DNA of 61,813 nucleotides, filler included, from Bonamia ostreae (Eukaryota): NCBI GenBank assembly GCA_040357525.1. It is 24 parts of 24 records of this genome, joined end to end, with 100 filler letters (N's around TTAATTAATTAA, not from the genome) between each part and the next. Parts side by side here need not be neighbours in the genome. Positions count along the whole stretch, not along the records: positions 38,814 to 41,288 come from JBDODL010000825.1; positions 41,389 to 43,862 come from JBDODL010000826.1; positions 43,963 to 46,435 come from JBDODL010000827.1; positions 46,536 to 49,003 come from JBDODL010000828.1; positions 49,104 to 51,570 come from JBDODL010000829.1; positions 51,671 to 54,134 come from JBDODL010000830.1; 18 more parts are not named here. One strand, 5' to 3'. Shown piece by piece: positions 39,274 to 51,938 of this stretch (position 1 is its first letter; each line of letters starts with the position of its first letter). The notes under the pieces were generated by a model. It saw only the letters and a program-made list of their open reading frames with translations, ran no database searches and was not told where the DNA came from. The position numbers and the translations under genes were made by a program.

Positions 39274-40332
39274 AACCGTTCTGTTCTAAATTTTAAAATT
39301 GGAATTTAAGTTAACTTTCCGTTTTTTTCTTTAAATTCCGAATATTTTTAGTTTGTTTGATATAAAATAACAAACTTCAAAATTTTAATTATATTTGAAA
39401 AATCTTATTATTAATAATGTAATTATTTTTGAAATTTATGTTTAAAAATTCAGCACCAATCTTTATAATAATAGATCTCCTGAATGTCTTTAACAAGAAA
39501 GACGCTTGGAGAATATTAAATACTGAATGATCGAGAAAAAAGTTTAAGTCAGAAGTAAAAGAAATGTTAAAACATCAATTTTTTTAAAACTAAAAACATC
39601 TTTGTACAATCTGTTGGGACCAAGATAGTTAAGATTGATTTCATCTTTCTCCAAATAACTATTGTTGTGAAGGCGACTTATTTCGTATTCGAGAAAATCA
39701 GTGTAACTATCTAAATATTGTGACTAAAAAACTCTCGGGGCTCATTTTCAGTTATAACGGTTTGACTTAATTTTAAACTTCGCAAGTGCACATATAACGA
39801 AATTAACTTTAAAGAAAACTAATAAACTAAAAAGGGTTTGTTATTTTACATGAAGCACAATAAACAAATTATAAGATTTTTGTGCTTACAAACTTATACG
39901 AAATTTTACTGTTTGTTATATGTGAATCTTATAAAATTTATTTTACCCCTTTCATTTTCAATTTATAAAATTCCGTTATCGGTGAAAAAGTCGCCCGTCA
40001 GCAAGTCTTACTAATTTTTGATAAGGAAAATTATCCAGTTTCCGTTACAAAATTTAATTCTTCGGGATATATTTGACCAAAATACAAAATTCAAAAATTG
40101 TTTACAATCCAAAAAATCACAATTTAATTGTAACGACCGACTCACATTTTTTATTATTTACTGAAAAAATCGATTCATTTTTAATATTTTTTCTGATGGT
40201 TCGTTGAAATCTTTAGAAATGCAAAAAAAGGTCATCGTTTAAACACCAAATGGCTAATTAATTGCGAACCGAAACAATTATACCAATTAACTTAATAATC
40301 TACGAAAAGAGCTTAAAAAATTAGCTTAAAAA

Positions 40333-41288
40333 ATGGTTTTAGAAGTTAAAAAGGCTTATAACAAACTCAAAAAAGGAAAAAACCAATACAAAGTTTAAAA
40401 AAGCCATTAAAAGTTTCGATCCTTTTCCGACCGCGTCAAACTCGTCAACGTCTCCATTCTCGGAACCAAAACATCGCAAAAATTAGAGCCAAACGAGACC
40501 CATTTTATCAGCGCTGTTCGTCATTTTTCTGATTCCGAGCCATCGACCATTTTTTCTTCTCTGAAAAGAAGACTTCTGCCTCTCTCAAGATCCCTTCCGT
40601 TGTTGCTGCTCAACCAAAAAGAAATAACTTTTATTTTGTGCGACGGCCTCTTGTCGGCCGATACGACTTATTGCTACAAACCGACATTTTCGTTTATTAA
40701 CCGTAAACTTAAGTCTGATCGCCGCTCTGGCTCAGGACCTGAAATCGGACTTTGCTTATGTTGACAAAGCTCTTGAGACCTTAATTAGAACGGCCGATCC
40801 GGGTCGACCAGAATTGTTGGAACTCGTGTTCACAACGATTTGCTTTCTCTTCAAGTTTCTTGAAGAGAAGTTCGTGCGAGACTTTGCGGCCGATTTTAGA
40901 GCAAATTTTTTTGTTCTCTTGAGCAGCCCTAAATTGCACATACGCAAATTCGCTGCCGAAAGCTGTGCATATTTGATGCGGAAAACTCCTGTTGCGGAGT
41001 TTCGAAAGCTCTTAAATATATTATTCGATTTTGATAAATTAAATATCGGGGCCAAATCCACAAAGAAGTTCGATTTTTACGTCGATGGGCTTTCCTCGCT
41101 GCTTTTTTATTTTGTCAAAAGCCCGTACGGAGATTTCCACAGCAATATAAGGATTGTTGTTAAAACGATTTTTTCCAATTTCGCGAAAAGTGGCGATAAC
41201 ATAATTTTTAGTATCGAGGCGATAAAATCGTTTCTGTTTAAAAACATTTCGCCAAATATCGAAAATTCGGAAACACGAAAAAAAAATT
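40333..41288 (+). CDS. UTP20: U3 snoRNP processome component UTP20, N-terminal part; introns 40393-40413 (21 nt) and 40692-40713 (22 nt)
   Basis: NQYK|FRSFSDRVKLVNV, SLPLLLLNQKEI, LIAALAQDLKSDF and HIRKFAAESCAYLMRK. Confidence 0.88.
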
Positions 41289-44101
41289 NNNNNNNNNNNN
41301 NNNNNNNNNNNNNNNNNNNNNNNNNNNNNNNNTTAATTAATTAANNNNNNNNNNNNNNNNNNNNNNNNNNNNNNNNNNNNNNNNNNNNTATATATATATA
41401 TCTGAACAATGATCCTTTTTCTGTCTTTCCACGGAATATGTAAGAAAAACACTTTCGTTTTTTCACCCATTTTAAAGCAATATATAAATCCATGAGAGAA
41501 AATTTCCCCATAGATAGCAACTATAAAATATTGGTATGTTCCTATTGATTACAAAAATCGGTAAATATTTTATTCCTGTTTGCTCGTTTCGTTGGGGGAT
41601 TTGTCCTTTCCTTATCTTAAGTTTTAGCATACAGTGATTTTCTATAAGTCTCCATGCCAAATGTTTAAAGGCAAAACGCAAACAAATAATCCCTATATAT
41701 TTTGCCAGGATATCCATTCATTACAAATTGAAAAATGTTCTAAATAATCGTGGGTGATATCCAGTGGATGATTTATAACGTGTATAATGGAAGATGCATT
41801 ATATATGTTGTACAAACTTTGACTTGGGTTTGACAGGAACCGATGGTAGAGATTGATGTGGGTTACCAGCATCATTTTCAGGATCCTCTTCATATTGGGT
41901 ACGTCTGGTTGTAGACCTGTGTGAAGAAATCATTCATGTTCTCAAGAAAAGAAGGGATTACAATATTGATTGATATACTACTACTTGCACATTGGCAAAG
42001 ATGCATTATACCTGTCATTTCCAGGTGGTAGAAAATGAGAGTACGGATTACAACACTTAGATGTCATGCAACTTTGTATAAATGAAAATTCCCTGTTGGA
42101 AGCGACGACCTTTTAGAGTTTGAAATTGATGAAGATTGATTCCAATACTTTCTTGCTATAAAAGTATGGTATTGAAAACAGTCCCTATTTTTTATCGTGT
42201 TTTGTGCATAACAATACTTACAGATCCTTTCTTTAAAATTTTAAACGTTAAGCTATGACAAATGTCAGGTGTATTTCCTGTGTAAAGGTGATGTAATATA
42301 TACTGATAGAAATTTTTTTAAAAAGAAACGCATAATACAATTTTGAATTCATTTAAAGACATGAGATATATCTTTAAAACAACTGCTTTATTAGTTACAC
42401 AAAAATTATGTAAACGCTGGGCTGTTAATCAAAGTTTCACAAGTATTAATGAAAACTATAGCCATTTACAGTTCAATGTCACCAAAGGTCAGCATATAAT
42501 GTGTTCCACTAGACCAATGCCTGTCTAAAGCCATTTTCCCATAAAGCCAATCAAGTCTCTAAAGCTATCTAGGGATGTTGTTCTACTTTAGCTGCAAAGA
42601 TTCAGCCAGTTTTTGCAGACTAGCGGTTCTCTTTGGCGGATGCGCCTATTCGGTTCTTCTCATGCATGTTCGATAAATTGCAAATATTGTGATGTGGATC
42701 ACCAAACAAGGACCACACGTGTTTAACGACCAGTATTTGGTCTGGTTGGAATATTGCTTCGGAATGCTGCTTTGTTGAAACCACGTGTGAATTTATCAAC
42801 ATACCGTTCAGACGACTGATCAGCCTTTTGGCTGCAATTTTGGAAAAATCCCTAATTTTTGCGCCTTGAACTCTAGGTCTTTCATCAGGCCTCTAAATTG
42901 AAATTGAGATTCATCACTGGACCAAGACCGGTGTATGAGTCTAAGTTGATTGACACCTGTTGCGGTGAGGTTATGGATACAGAACAATGACACAAACAGG
43001 CTCTCCCAGCTTCCTGTATTCGGTTGCCTAGTATGATATTCTGTGAATACCAGGAAAGAAATAAGAAGCAAATGACACTGTAGTGAATTATTGACGAAGA
43101 TGACACATTCGGATAATGATATCCTGTGCATCTGACTTCACGTGTGTTCTACCTGCTCTTTGATGATATTTTGCTGAACCATGCTTTTGATATCTGCTCT
43201 AACGGTTAGATGTGGTAATTTTTGCAAGCATGACATTTCCTACGACTACAAATTGTGAAACACATGCTTCCAGTCATTTAGACAGGACATTTCTCAAAAC
43301 AGCCATTATAATTAACGACAACGCAGTCAAATAACGAAAGTCCATTCATTTGATATGCTACTAGTGTATAAAGCACGTGCATTAGAAACTTACAACAATG
43401 GATAGTTATAGAGACCGATTTTAGCATTTTGTGAATTTGTAAAAACACTTCTTATTTTACTTAATTTCTGTAGTAAACGACATCTTAAGATGTAACAAGG
43501 CGTACTCAAATGATTCATTTTAGACCCCCAAACTGTTGTTATTATTATATGGTACTTTTTATCATCATATGTATTGCATTTATTGATGGAAATTAAGCTA
43601 CAGATCTATCGATTTGACTTTTTTGCTGATCGTTCAAAATTTTACCCCAACATTTATTTGAATTATTGTCTTCATTACAGAACTTTCCAAGTTTATAAAC
43701 CTAATTACGTTACAAATACAATAACTGTCATTTGAATGAATGAAATAGAGAAAATATGAATGAAATATCAACATAGAACAACTGATGAAATATATTTCAG
43801 GTATCGAACAAACACTATTGCATATTGGCAATCATTGGATGGACAAGCTGATGGTACAGGGGNNNNNNNNNNNNNNNNNNNNNNNNNNNNNNNNNNNNNN
43901 NNNNNNTTAATTAATTAANNNNNNNNNNNNNNNNNNNNNNNNNNNNNNNNNNNNNNNNNNNNCAGCTAAAAAATTAGTTTTGTCTAAAAAGATTTATTGT
44001 GACCAAGAAAATTTATTTTGGCCAAATAAATTTTGAATACCAAAAAAAATTGAAAGATGTAAAAAACTTTCATGTCAGGACTTTCTCTTTTGATCGTCTC
44101 G

Positions 44102-44724
44102 TTAATAATAAATAGTTCTCTTCGCAGCGCCAGAAACTTTTTCCTGATGATAACTGACATCACTTTGATTTTTAGTTAACAAACTTCTCGCCGGAAGAGT
44201 GTAAATTTCTTCGTCTCCATAACTTCCCAGAAAAACTTTCCCCCTTTCCACGTGCAAAGCTTTGACTGTTTTCCGGACAGAAATTTTTTTGATCAAGTTT
44301 TCGCCGAGACTGATCTGGTTGTGCTGATCCAAGTTAAGCCCGGGGAAATTACTGACCGTAGCGTAAGTGCCGACGGTGTGGATTTCGTCTAGAGACTTAA
44401 CTTTGGATTTGTCTCCTTCTCGTTTTGCCAAAAAATAGGCGTATTCTTTGGCGGAATCGCTGTTTTGCTGAATATCTTTGTTCCCCAATTTGATCGTTCC
44501 GGGCAACAAAGGAGTGCCCACTTTGATAGCTGTGACTAGATAGGGATATGGAGAGTTTGCGGGCAGTTCTTTTTTATGTTGATAGAAAAACTTTGCGCTG
44601 GAGAGTTTTGGCTTTGCGAATCTGTTTTCCCTGAAAACCGTCTTGAAATAATTTTTGCGAGCCGGAAATGGCTTGCGGGAATATAGTGGAATATAAAAGC
44701 CTTTTTGTTCCTGCTTTTTAGCAT
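44102..44724 (-). CDS. Lon protease N-terminal domain (mitochondrial type), 3'-partial; 23-nt intron 44569-44591
   Basis: An Arg/Lys-rich, acid-free N-terminus (..RLAKIISRRFS) is followed by PLLPG, YAYFLAK and LDEIHTVGTYA, as in Lon substrate-binding domains. Confidence 0.6.
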
Positions 44725-44802
44725 TATGTTTAAAAATTCTAAATCTGACTTAAGAATGAGCGGTATAAAATTCAACTTGGCTAATTTCTGACCGGCGCTT
44801 TT

Positions 44803-46435
44803 ATGGTCAGAGTCGCCTGCATTCAATTTAAATCTTCGAAACTTGTCAATCCCGTTTTAGAGAAATCCGACAACTTAAATAAAGCTATAAGCTTGATTAG
44901 AATGTCCACCTTGAATGGTTCTAACATAGTTGTTCTCCACGAACTTCCAGAGTTCAGATACTTTTGTCAAAAGGAAGATCCGTCTTTCTTCGCTTATTCT
45001 GTAGAACCGCGAAAAAACTCCTTTGACCTGATTTCGGGGGCAGCAAAAAAATTTGGCGTAGTCATCCCATTTAGTTTTTTCGAAAACGACGACAATTGTT
45101 ATTTCAATTCCGTTGTTGTCTTTGACGCCGACGGCGAGAATTTGGGGATTTACAGAAAATCTCATATTCCGTGTGGGCCTGGTTACCAAGAAAAATATTT
45201 TTTTCGTCCTGGAAACACCGGGTTTAAAGTCTTTAAAACCCGATTTGGCAACATCGGGATCGGAATCTGTTGGGACCAATGGTTTCCTGAACAGAGTCGC
45301 ATTTTAACTCTGAAAAACGCTGATTTGCTTGTGTTCCCAACAGCTATCGGCAATGAACCACACGACCCGTCAATCAACTCTTTGCCGCACTGGCGTAGAA
45401 CGATCAAGGGCAACGCCGCAGCGAACATTATCCCGATCGCGGTGGCTAATCGCATTGGGAAAGAAGACAAAATAACCTTCTTCGGAAACTCTTTTATTTG
45501 TGACCAGTATGGAAAAGTCGTGGCAAAATCTTCCGTTTCGGAAGACATCATTTACGCAGATTTCGATTTTGACTCGATCAAACGGATCAGAGCGAATTGG
45601 GGATTGATCAGAGATCGAAGACCTGATCTGTATAGAGAGCTGACTAGTAGCTTTTGTAAAAAGGCGAATTTGAGAGTAATCGCAGAATTCGAAGAACACA
45701 AATGTTGTCATATCCTGTGGCCGGTCGATCGTCACAATTGGAAAAATGACTGTGAAGACGCCAGAAGTAATTTGGTTTAAATTTAAGGGGGTTATGGCGA
45801 TGTCGTAATGGCGATATCAAAATATGGAGGCGAAGTTGTAAAAATATGGGCGAATCCAAAAGATTTCAATGACGTTAAATGGTTGTACGATTCCTATGAA
45901 AACGTTGAAGTTCATAAAATAAATTATGACAGCGGTTGGTCTAGAGATACTTGTAATTTTTTGTTGGAGCTAATTTTTTTTTAAATTGATAAAATTTATT
46001 TTTTGTTTTTCTTAAATTGATAAAATTTATTTTTTGTTTTTCTTAAAATGATAAAATTTATTTTTTGTTTTTTTTTAAAATGATAAAATTGTTATTTTGT
46101 CAAAATTTTTTGTCAAAATTAAATTATAATTTAATCAGTTCCATGTTTTGCTAAAAATATGAAAAATGAACAAAAAATGATGATTTTATTCAAATTCGAT
46201 GGATACAGCAACAAATTTGAGTGCGAAAAAGACATTAAAATCAAAGAAGACTTCGCAAAACAAAACGGAAGAGATCACATAAAAAGTTGGCTAATTTTGG
46301 AAGGGGGCGCTATTGAAACTAACGGAAAAGGCATTTTAATAGCAACAATTCCATCCGTTGTATTGAGAAACGGGACAAATATAAAAAACATAGAAAAAGA
46401 AATGTCTAAATTTGGATTTAGCATTTATATTTGGC
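44803..46435 (+). CDS. Fused N-carbamoylputrescine amidohydrolase (AguB) + agmatine deiminase (AguA), 3'-partial; introns 45767-45787 and 45953-46138
   Basis: The nitrilase triad (HELPE, YRKSHIP, ICWDQWFPE), GPGYQEKYFF and RDRRPDLY run in frame into IAEFEEH..ILWP..NW, MAISKY, WSRDTFPCF and LEGGAIETNGKG. Confidence 0.9.
45982..46095. repeat. 31-bp tandem repeat inside intron 2 of the AguB-AguA gene
   Basis: TAAA(T/A)TGATAAAATTTATTTTTTGTTTTTCT, about 3.5 copies. Confidence 0.88.
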
Positions 46436-46535
46436 NNNNNNNNNNNNNNNNNNNNNNNNNNNNNNNNNNNNNNNNNNNNTTAATTAATTAANNNNNNNNN
46501 NNNNNNNNNNNNNNNNNNNNNNNNNNNNNNNNNNN

Positions 46536-48862
46536 TAGACAAACTGTCCCGATTTTTATAAAAATTCCCTTTTTTTAACCAAAAATCCTCAACTTCAACA
46601 AATCGGTCTTTGTCCAGACAATTTTTCGCTTTTAACAAATTATCGGTTTTTTCTTCAAATTTAGCCATATTGTTCTCCAAATCGTCGAATTTAGTCAGAT
46701 CGTCCCCAAAAACAGCTTTTTTAAGTCGATAGTCCAATATCTTGAAATATTTGTAATTTAATGGCGTCAGAAAATGAGCTGAAAATCCTTCGTAAATAGC
46801 TCTTTTTAACGGATATTTGTCCACAATTTCTTTACCGTTTTTAAGGGCTCTTACAAATGTTCTGATACTAAAAAATATGTTTTCTCCGTTTCTGTCTGTC
46901 AATTTGAGTTTTTCGCCAATGTTCATATAAAAACTCGTCAGATTTTCAACTAACGATTTTGTCAAATTTTTGTTTTTTGCAGAATTTTCAAATTTGGCGA
47001 AATGTTGAACGATTTTTGTAATATCGTTTCTAGCAAAATCGTTGTTGACGTAAATTTGACTAAATCTGGATTTGAGACTTTCCGGTAATTCCTTTTTGCC
47101 AAAGTCGTCTGAAGGATTGCAACTCGCGAACAGACGAAAGTCTTTGTGAATGCGAATTTGCTCTTTTTCGCCCTTTTCCAACAACAAGAATTTTTTTCTG
47201 TCGATCGATTTGATCAATGATTCGATTCGCTCCAAAACCGGACGACTGGCTAAATTGATTTCATCCAACAAGACCCAATCGCCATTTTTTAACGATTGCA
47301 ATAAGATTCCTTCAGCAAATCCAAATTTGGAAAAATTGAGATTTTTAACGTTTTTCGCCAAATCAAGCCATTTCTGCCAAATTTTAGCTGAAATTCGATC
47401 GTTTTTGAACAGATTTTGTGCCATTTTAAAAAATCTTAAAAATTTTTGTTTAAAATTTGATTCGGACAATTCAGTCGAACCATTTTCGCCAATTTTTTGA
47501 TTTTTGATTTTTGCCGATTGGAGCAATTTGTCAAATTTTCCTTTTATTTTTAAAAATTTTTGTTCGGAATTGGTCGGTTTGAAGGAACCGATCAGGTCAT
47601 TGCTTTCCGTTTGTTGGTGAAAATTGAAAATTTTGAGATTTTTGCCAAAATGTTCTGCCAAAATTTGGATCGAAAACGTTTTTCCGATTCCTGTTTCGCC
47701 GATTAGCAAAACTGGTTCACTCATGTTGACACATCTGGCTAATTTTTGAAGTAAATTTTGACAATGATCCGTCATTACAAAATTTTTTGGAGAACGATCG
47801 ACGAAAATTTTTTCGTCAAAATTAAAAATATGGTCGATTCTACTCGACGACAAATTTAGTTTTTGGCCGAAATGGCCAAATATGGCAAATTTTAGTTTTT
47901 TGTCGGGAATTTTCGATATGAAGCAGTCCGTTATGTTTCTGAGAATCGATTCTTTTATCGAAGAAATGAGCGATTTCCCGCTAAAATTTTCCAATATTTT
48001 GTTGACTCTTTTGCAACATTTAAAAAAATCGTTCAGACTTATTTTCGCAGAGCCAAAGTTTGAAATCTGGTCAAAAAAATTTTCGCCAGAATTTTGCAAA
48101 TTTTTTTGTTTTTGGGAACCCGATAAAGCGCAAAAGAAAGAAAACAATAAATCGAAAATCTCGAATCTGCTAATATATGGATATCTGGAAAGCCCGATTT
48201 CCTTTATTTCGGAGTTCGTCAAAGCGTTTATGTGGATCAAATGGAACAAATCGGAAATCAGTTTTTGCTTTTTCGATTTTATGTCGTTTTGGAGAAAACT
48301 CGAATTTGAGATCGTCGCCAAAATTTTGAATTCCGCTCCGATTTTCTTTTCCGCGCCATTTAGCAAAAATTCGTTATATTTCACGAAAGGAATTAACGTC
48401 GCGATCACTTCAAACGGAGCTTTGTCGATGTTTTCGAAGACTACGACATTTCCGTTGATCGCGGAATCGGACAAAATGCCATTTTTAAATTCGAAAATTC
48501 CAGATTTGGCGCCGCAGACATACATTCCGGTCAACGTCTTTTTTGTAAAATTTTTGAACTTTTGAGTCGATATCTTCGTCCATGTGAATTTTCGCAAAAT
48601 TTTTTTGTGGGCAATAATTTTCGTAGCAATTGATGAGCGTTGATTTGCCCGAATTGCAAGACCCGAAAATCGCAATTGCTCTTTTTTTCTTTTTTTTTAT
48701 AAAAATGGAATTTACTTTAATTCAAAAATGGCAATTTTTGGCAATTTTAAAGAAAACTTTGATTGAATCCACTTTAATTAAAGTGAACAAATTTTTCTTT
48801 GTGGAATTTAAAGGAACGAATTGATTTTTGTTGTCGTGTAAAAACAGTTCAATTTTATTCAT
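46536..48862 (-). CDS. MDN1: Midasin (Rea1) AAA ATPase, N-terminal part; includes a 22-nt intron 48538-48559
   Basis: DIDSK|TLTGMYVC, EPVLLIGETGIGKT, QQTESNDLIGSFKP, GDWVLLDEINLA and IHKDFRLFASCNP..GKKELP. Confidence 0.93.
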
Positions 48863-49103
48863 TTTTTGCTAAATTGTTTTAATATTCGTTTTTAACTCTA
48901 TTTTATAAAATTTAGATCTGATCAAAAATTTACCGGTTTTGCTAAATATCGAAACTAAAAATTAGCAATTTACAGTGCTAATTTTTAAGTTAATTTTAAA
49001 TTTNNNNNNNNNNNNNNNNNNNNNNNNNNNNNNNNNNNNNNNNNNNNTTAATTAATTAANNNNNNNNNNNNNNNNNNNNNNNNNNNNNNNNNNNNNNNNN
49101 NNN

Positions 49104-49373
49104 TAACGACAAAAAAGCAATAAAAACATTGTCATAAATTTCCGGGACATCAATTTCAACATGAGATAATTGCTTAATATCGCTATCAGAGAAAACAGAA
49201 AAATCGATCGATTCAACATTTAATTCGGGTTGATGTGATTTAATCTGTTTCTTTATCAAAAATTGTCTTTTGTAATTTTGGATTTTAATATCGTCTTTTA
49301 TCCCATTTGGAATGTCATCTTTTTTAATCGAATCCTTTTCCTTAAAATTATCGTCTTTTTTATAGACATTCAT
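49104..49373 (-). CDS. RNA polymerase largest subunit N-terminus (probably Pol III RPC1), first exon
   Basis: VESIDFSVFSDSDIKQLSHVEIDVPEIYD matches the start of Rpb1 domain 1. Confidence 0.7.
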
Positions 49374-49404
49374 TTTGGCTAAATCTTATAACCGTTTTCA
49401 TAAA

Positions 49405-51201
49405 ATGGCGAAAAACATTTCGAAAACTAATTCTAGCGTTGGCGGATACGGATACGTTTCCACACATTTTTTTATTTTGTTGCACAATTTTTAATCGATA
49501 TTTTAAAAATCGATTAATTTTAGAATAAATTGAAAATCAACAAATTGTAAAAAAATTGATTTTCGAATAAATTTAAAATCAACAAATTGTAAAAAAATTG
49601 ATTTTCGAATAAATTGAAAATCAACAAATTGTAAAAAAATGATTTTTGAATAAATTGAAAATCAACAAATTATTAAAAAAAACGATTTTTGACTAAATTG
49701 AAAATCAACAAAAGATAATAAAATGCGCAATATCTGAAGGAAATTTGATATTGTCGGAGAAAACAAAATTTATCGTGCCCCTCTTCAGAAATATCACATT
49801 CAGAGATTCGGGTAAAAACTTGTACTTCTGCAGTAATTGCTTCAAAATAAAAGAAATAAAATTTTATTTCGAATGCGAATGCCAAAATTGCCTAGACCAA
49901 TTCTCATTGTTATCTTTTTAATCAATAGTTGTTCCAAAATGTGCAGAGACGCTAATCTAGATCTGCATTCGATAATCTGTTCGAAAAACAACAAATTCGG
50001 ACAAATTGCGCCTGATTTTCTTTTGAGCATAAAAATGGCACTAGAAGATTTCGAATCTGACTTTTTCGAGCATTTAATCGACAAAAGCAAAAAATCTGAG
50101 CAAAAAGATAAAATTGAGTACTTTTCCAAAAAAATCGCAAATTTAAAATTTGTCGATGACAAAAGTTTAAAACTGGACGAAAAAGCTTTGGAAATTCAAA
50201 ACAATTTGGAAAAAATTTGCCAAATTGTAAAAAAATGCTGTTTCGCGCTAAAACTGCCGGTTTTTGATGAGTATCCTTACGCTTTGTCTATCTTCCCAAA
50301 GTCGTCTTTGTTCAACCATTCCTGTGATCCGAATTGCCATGTTCTTTTCGAAGAAAACAAAATAAAATTTTATTCTTTGAAGAAAATTTTTTTCGGCGAA
50401 GAATTGACCTTTTCTTACGCACAAAATATTAAAATCGCAAACTTGAACAAAAGATTAACTTTTTTAAAACAAAATTTTGATTTTGATTGTCTTTGTTCAT
50501 TTTGTTGTAATAACAAACAAAACGAAAATTCAGAAAATGACGAACAAAATGAAAATTTGATAAACCAAAGTTCGGACATTCAAGCTCCGAAACCTTCTTA
50601 TATTGAAATTTACTCAAAAATAGATCAAATTTTGATAGAAAACGGGAACAAAAAAGACTGTATCGAAGCAATAAAACAAATTTTGGACCAAATAGAAAAC
50701 GAAAAAATTTTAAAATCAAAAATTTTTTCCGAAAATTCCCAAAATGGCCAAAATCTCGAAATAGTTGATAAAATCGCCAATATCGCCATTCTCACAAAAC
50801 AATGGTCGATTGGCTACAAAACCACAAAAATGGCGCTACAAATTTTAAAACAATTTTTCCAAACTTCAAAAAATCCAAAAAACAAAAAAATTTATTTGAA
50901 AAAGAAAAAAGAAAATCCGAAACGAGAGCAAAACAAAATAAGCTTTTATCCTTTATTGGAGTTAAAAATGAGAATTTTGTTGATTTTGTTCAAAAGTTTG
51001 AATATTAAAACGGAGAACGAATATTTTGAGGCTGAAAATGAGATGTTTGAAGAGGCTGAAAAAGCGCGCGTTTTATTGAAGAAATATTACGGGGAAGATG
51101 ATTGGAAAAAAGTACTGGATATATTGGAGAGAGTGCACAGGGGATTTTGTTCGGTAACAAAGATTATCGACAGCGTTGACGGATATTTTGGATATAATTG
51201 A
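49405..51201 (+). CDS. SET and MYND domain (SMYD-like) methyltransferase; 20-nt intron 49909-49928 and a repeat-filled first intron
   Basis: MYND finger CSNC..CQNC..F|CSKMC..H..C, SET motifs SLFNHSCDPNC and GEELTFSY, post-SET FDCLCSFC. One probable homopolymer frameshift near 49815. Confidence 0.88.
49520..49712. repeat. 42-bp tandem repeat in the SMYD first intron
   Basis: GAATAAATTGAAAATCAACAAATTGTAAAAAAATTGATTTTC, about 4 copies. Confidence 0.9.
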
Positions 51202-51209
51202 TTTTTGCT

Positions 51210-51475
51210 TTTTTTGGTCGCAATTATTATTTTTGAACATTTTTTCTATTTTAAAATGTTTTTTGGTCGCAATTATTATTTTTGAACATTTTTTTTGTCT
51301 ATTTTAAAATGTTTTTTGGTCGCAATTATTATTTTCGAACATTTTTTTTTGTCTATTTTAAAATGTTTTTTGGTCGAAATTATTATTTTTGAACATTTTT
51401 TTTGTCTATTTTAAAATTTTTTTTGGTCGCAATTATTATTTTCGAAAATTTTTTGTCTATTTAAAATGTTTTTTA
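51210..51475. repeat. Tandem repeat of about 50-54 bp downstream of the SMYD gene
   Basis: TTTTGGTCGCAATTATTATTTT.GAACATTTTT...CTATTTTAAAATG, 5 copies. Confidence 0.92.
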
Positions 51476-51938
51476 TTCGTCATTTTTTAGTCAATAAAAA
51501 TTTATTATCTACGCTTTACATTTCATTGTTTGTGGATATTTCGACGCTTCGTTTTCAAAGATATGTAGTTNNNNNNNNNNNNNNNNNNNNNNNNNNNNNN
51601 NNNNNNNNNNNNNNTTAATTAATTAANNNNNNNNNNNNNNNNNNNNNNNNNNNNNNNNNNNNNNNNNNNNTAACTGTATATCATTTTACAACAACAAATC
51701 TAGAAAAGTCAAGATGTGATTTCTACTCACTACGCATTTGTTCATAGACGCTCGATTGTTTTGATAGAATTTCCCAAAACTTCTGTTTTAAATTTCTTTT
51801 CCTAAACACGAAACACAATGACAGATTGTATTTGGAGATACGAGCACTATAACGACCACAAAAGTGTCCAAACGCTGATTTTAAAGGATATATGATGATA
51901 CATGTATCTTTTGAATTAATTTTGAACGTTCCTTTGCA

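Noticed and set aside
44803-45780. Bacterial contaminant aguBA operon
   Set aside because: The gene has spliceosomal introns of the same type as neighbouring protist genes and shares its contig with a divergently oriented, intron-containing Lon-like gene.
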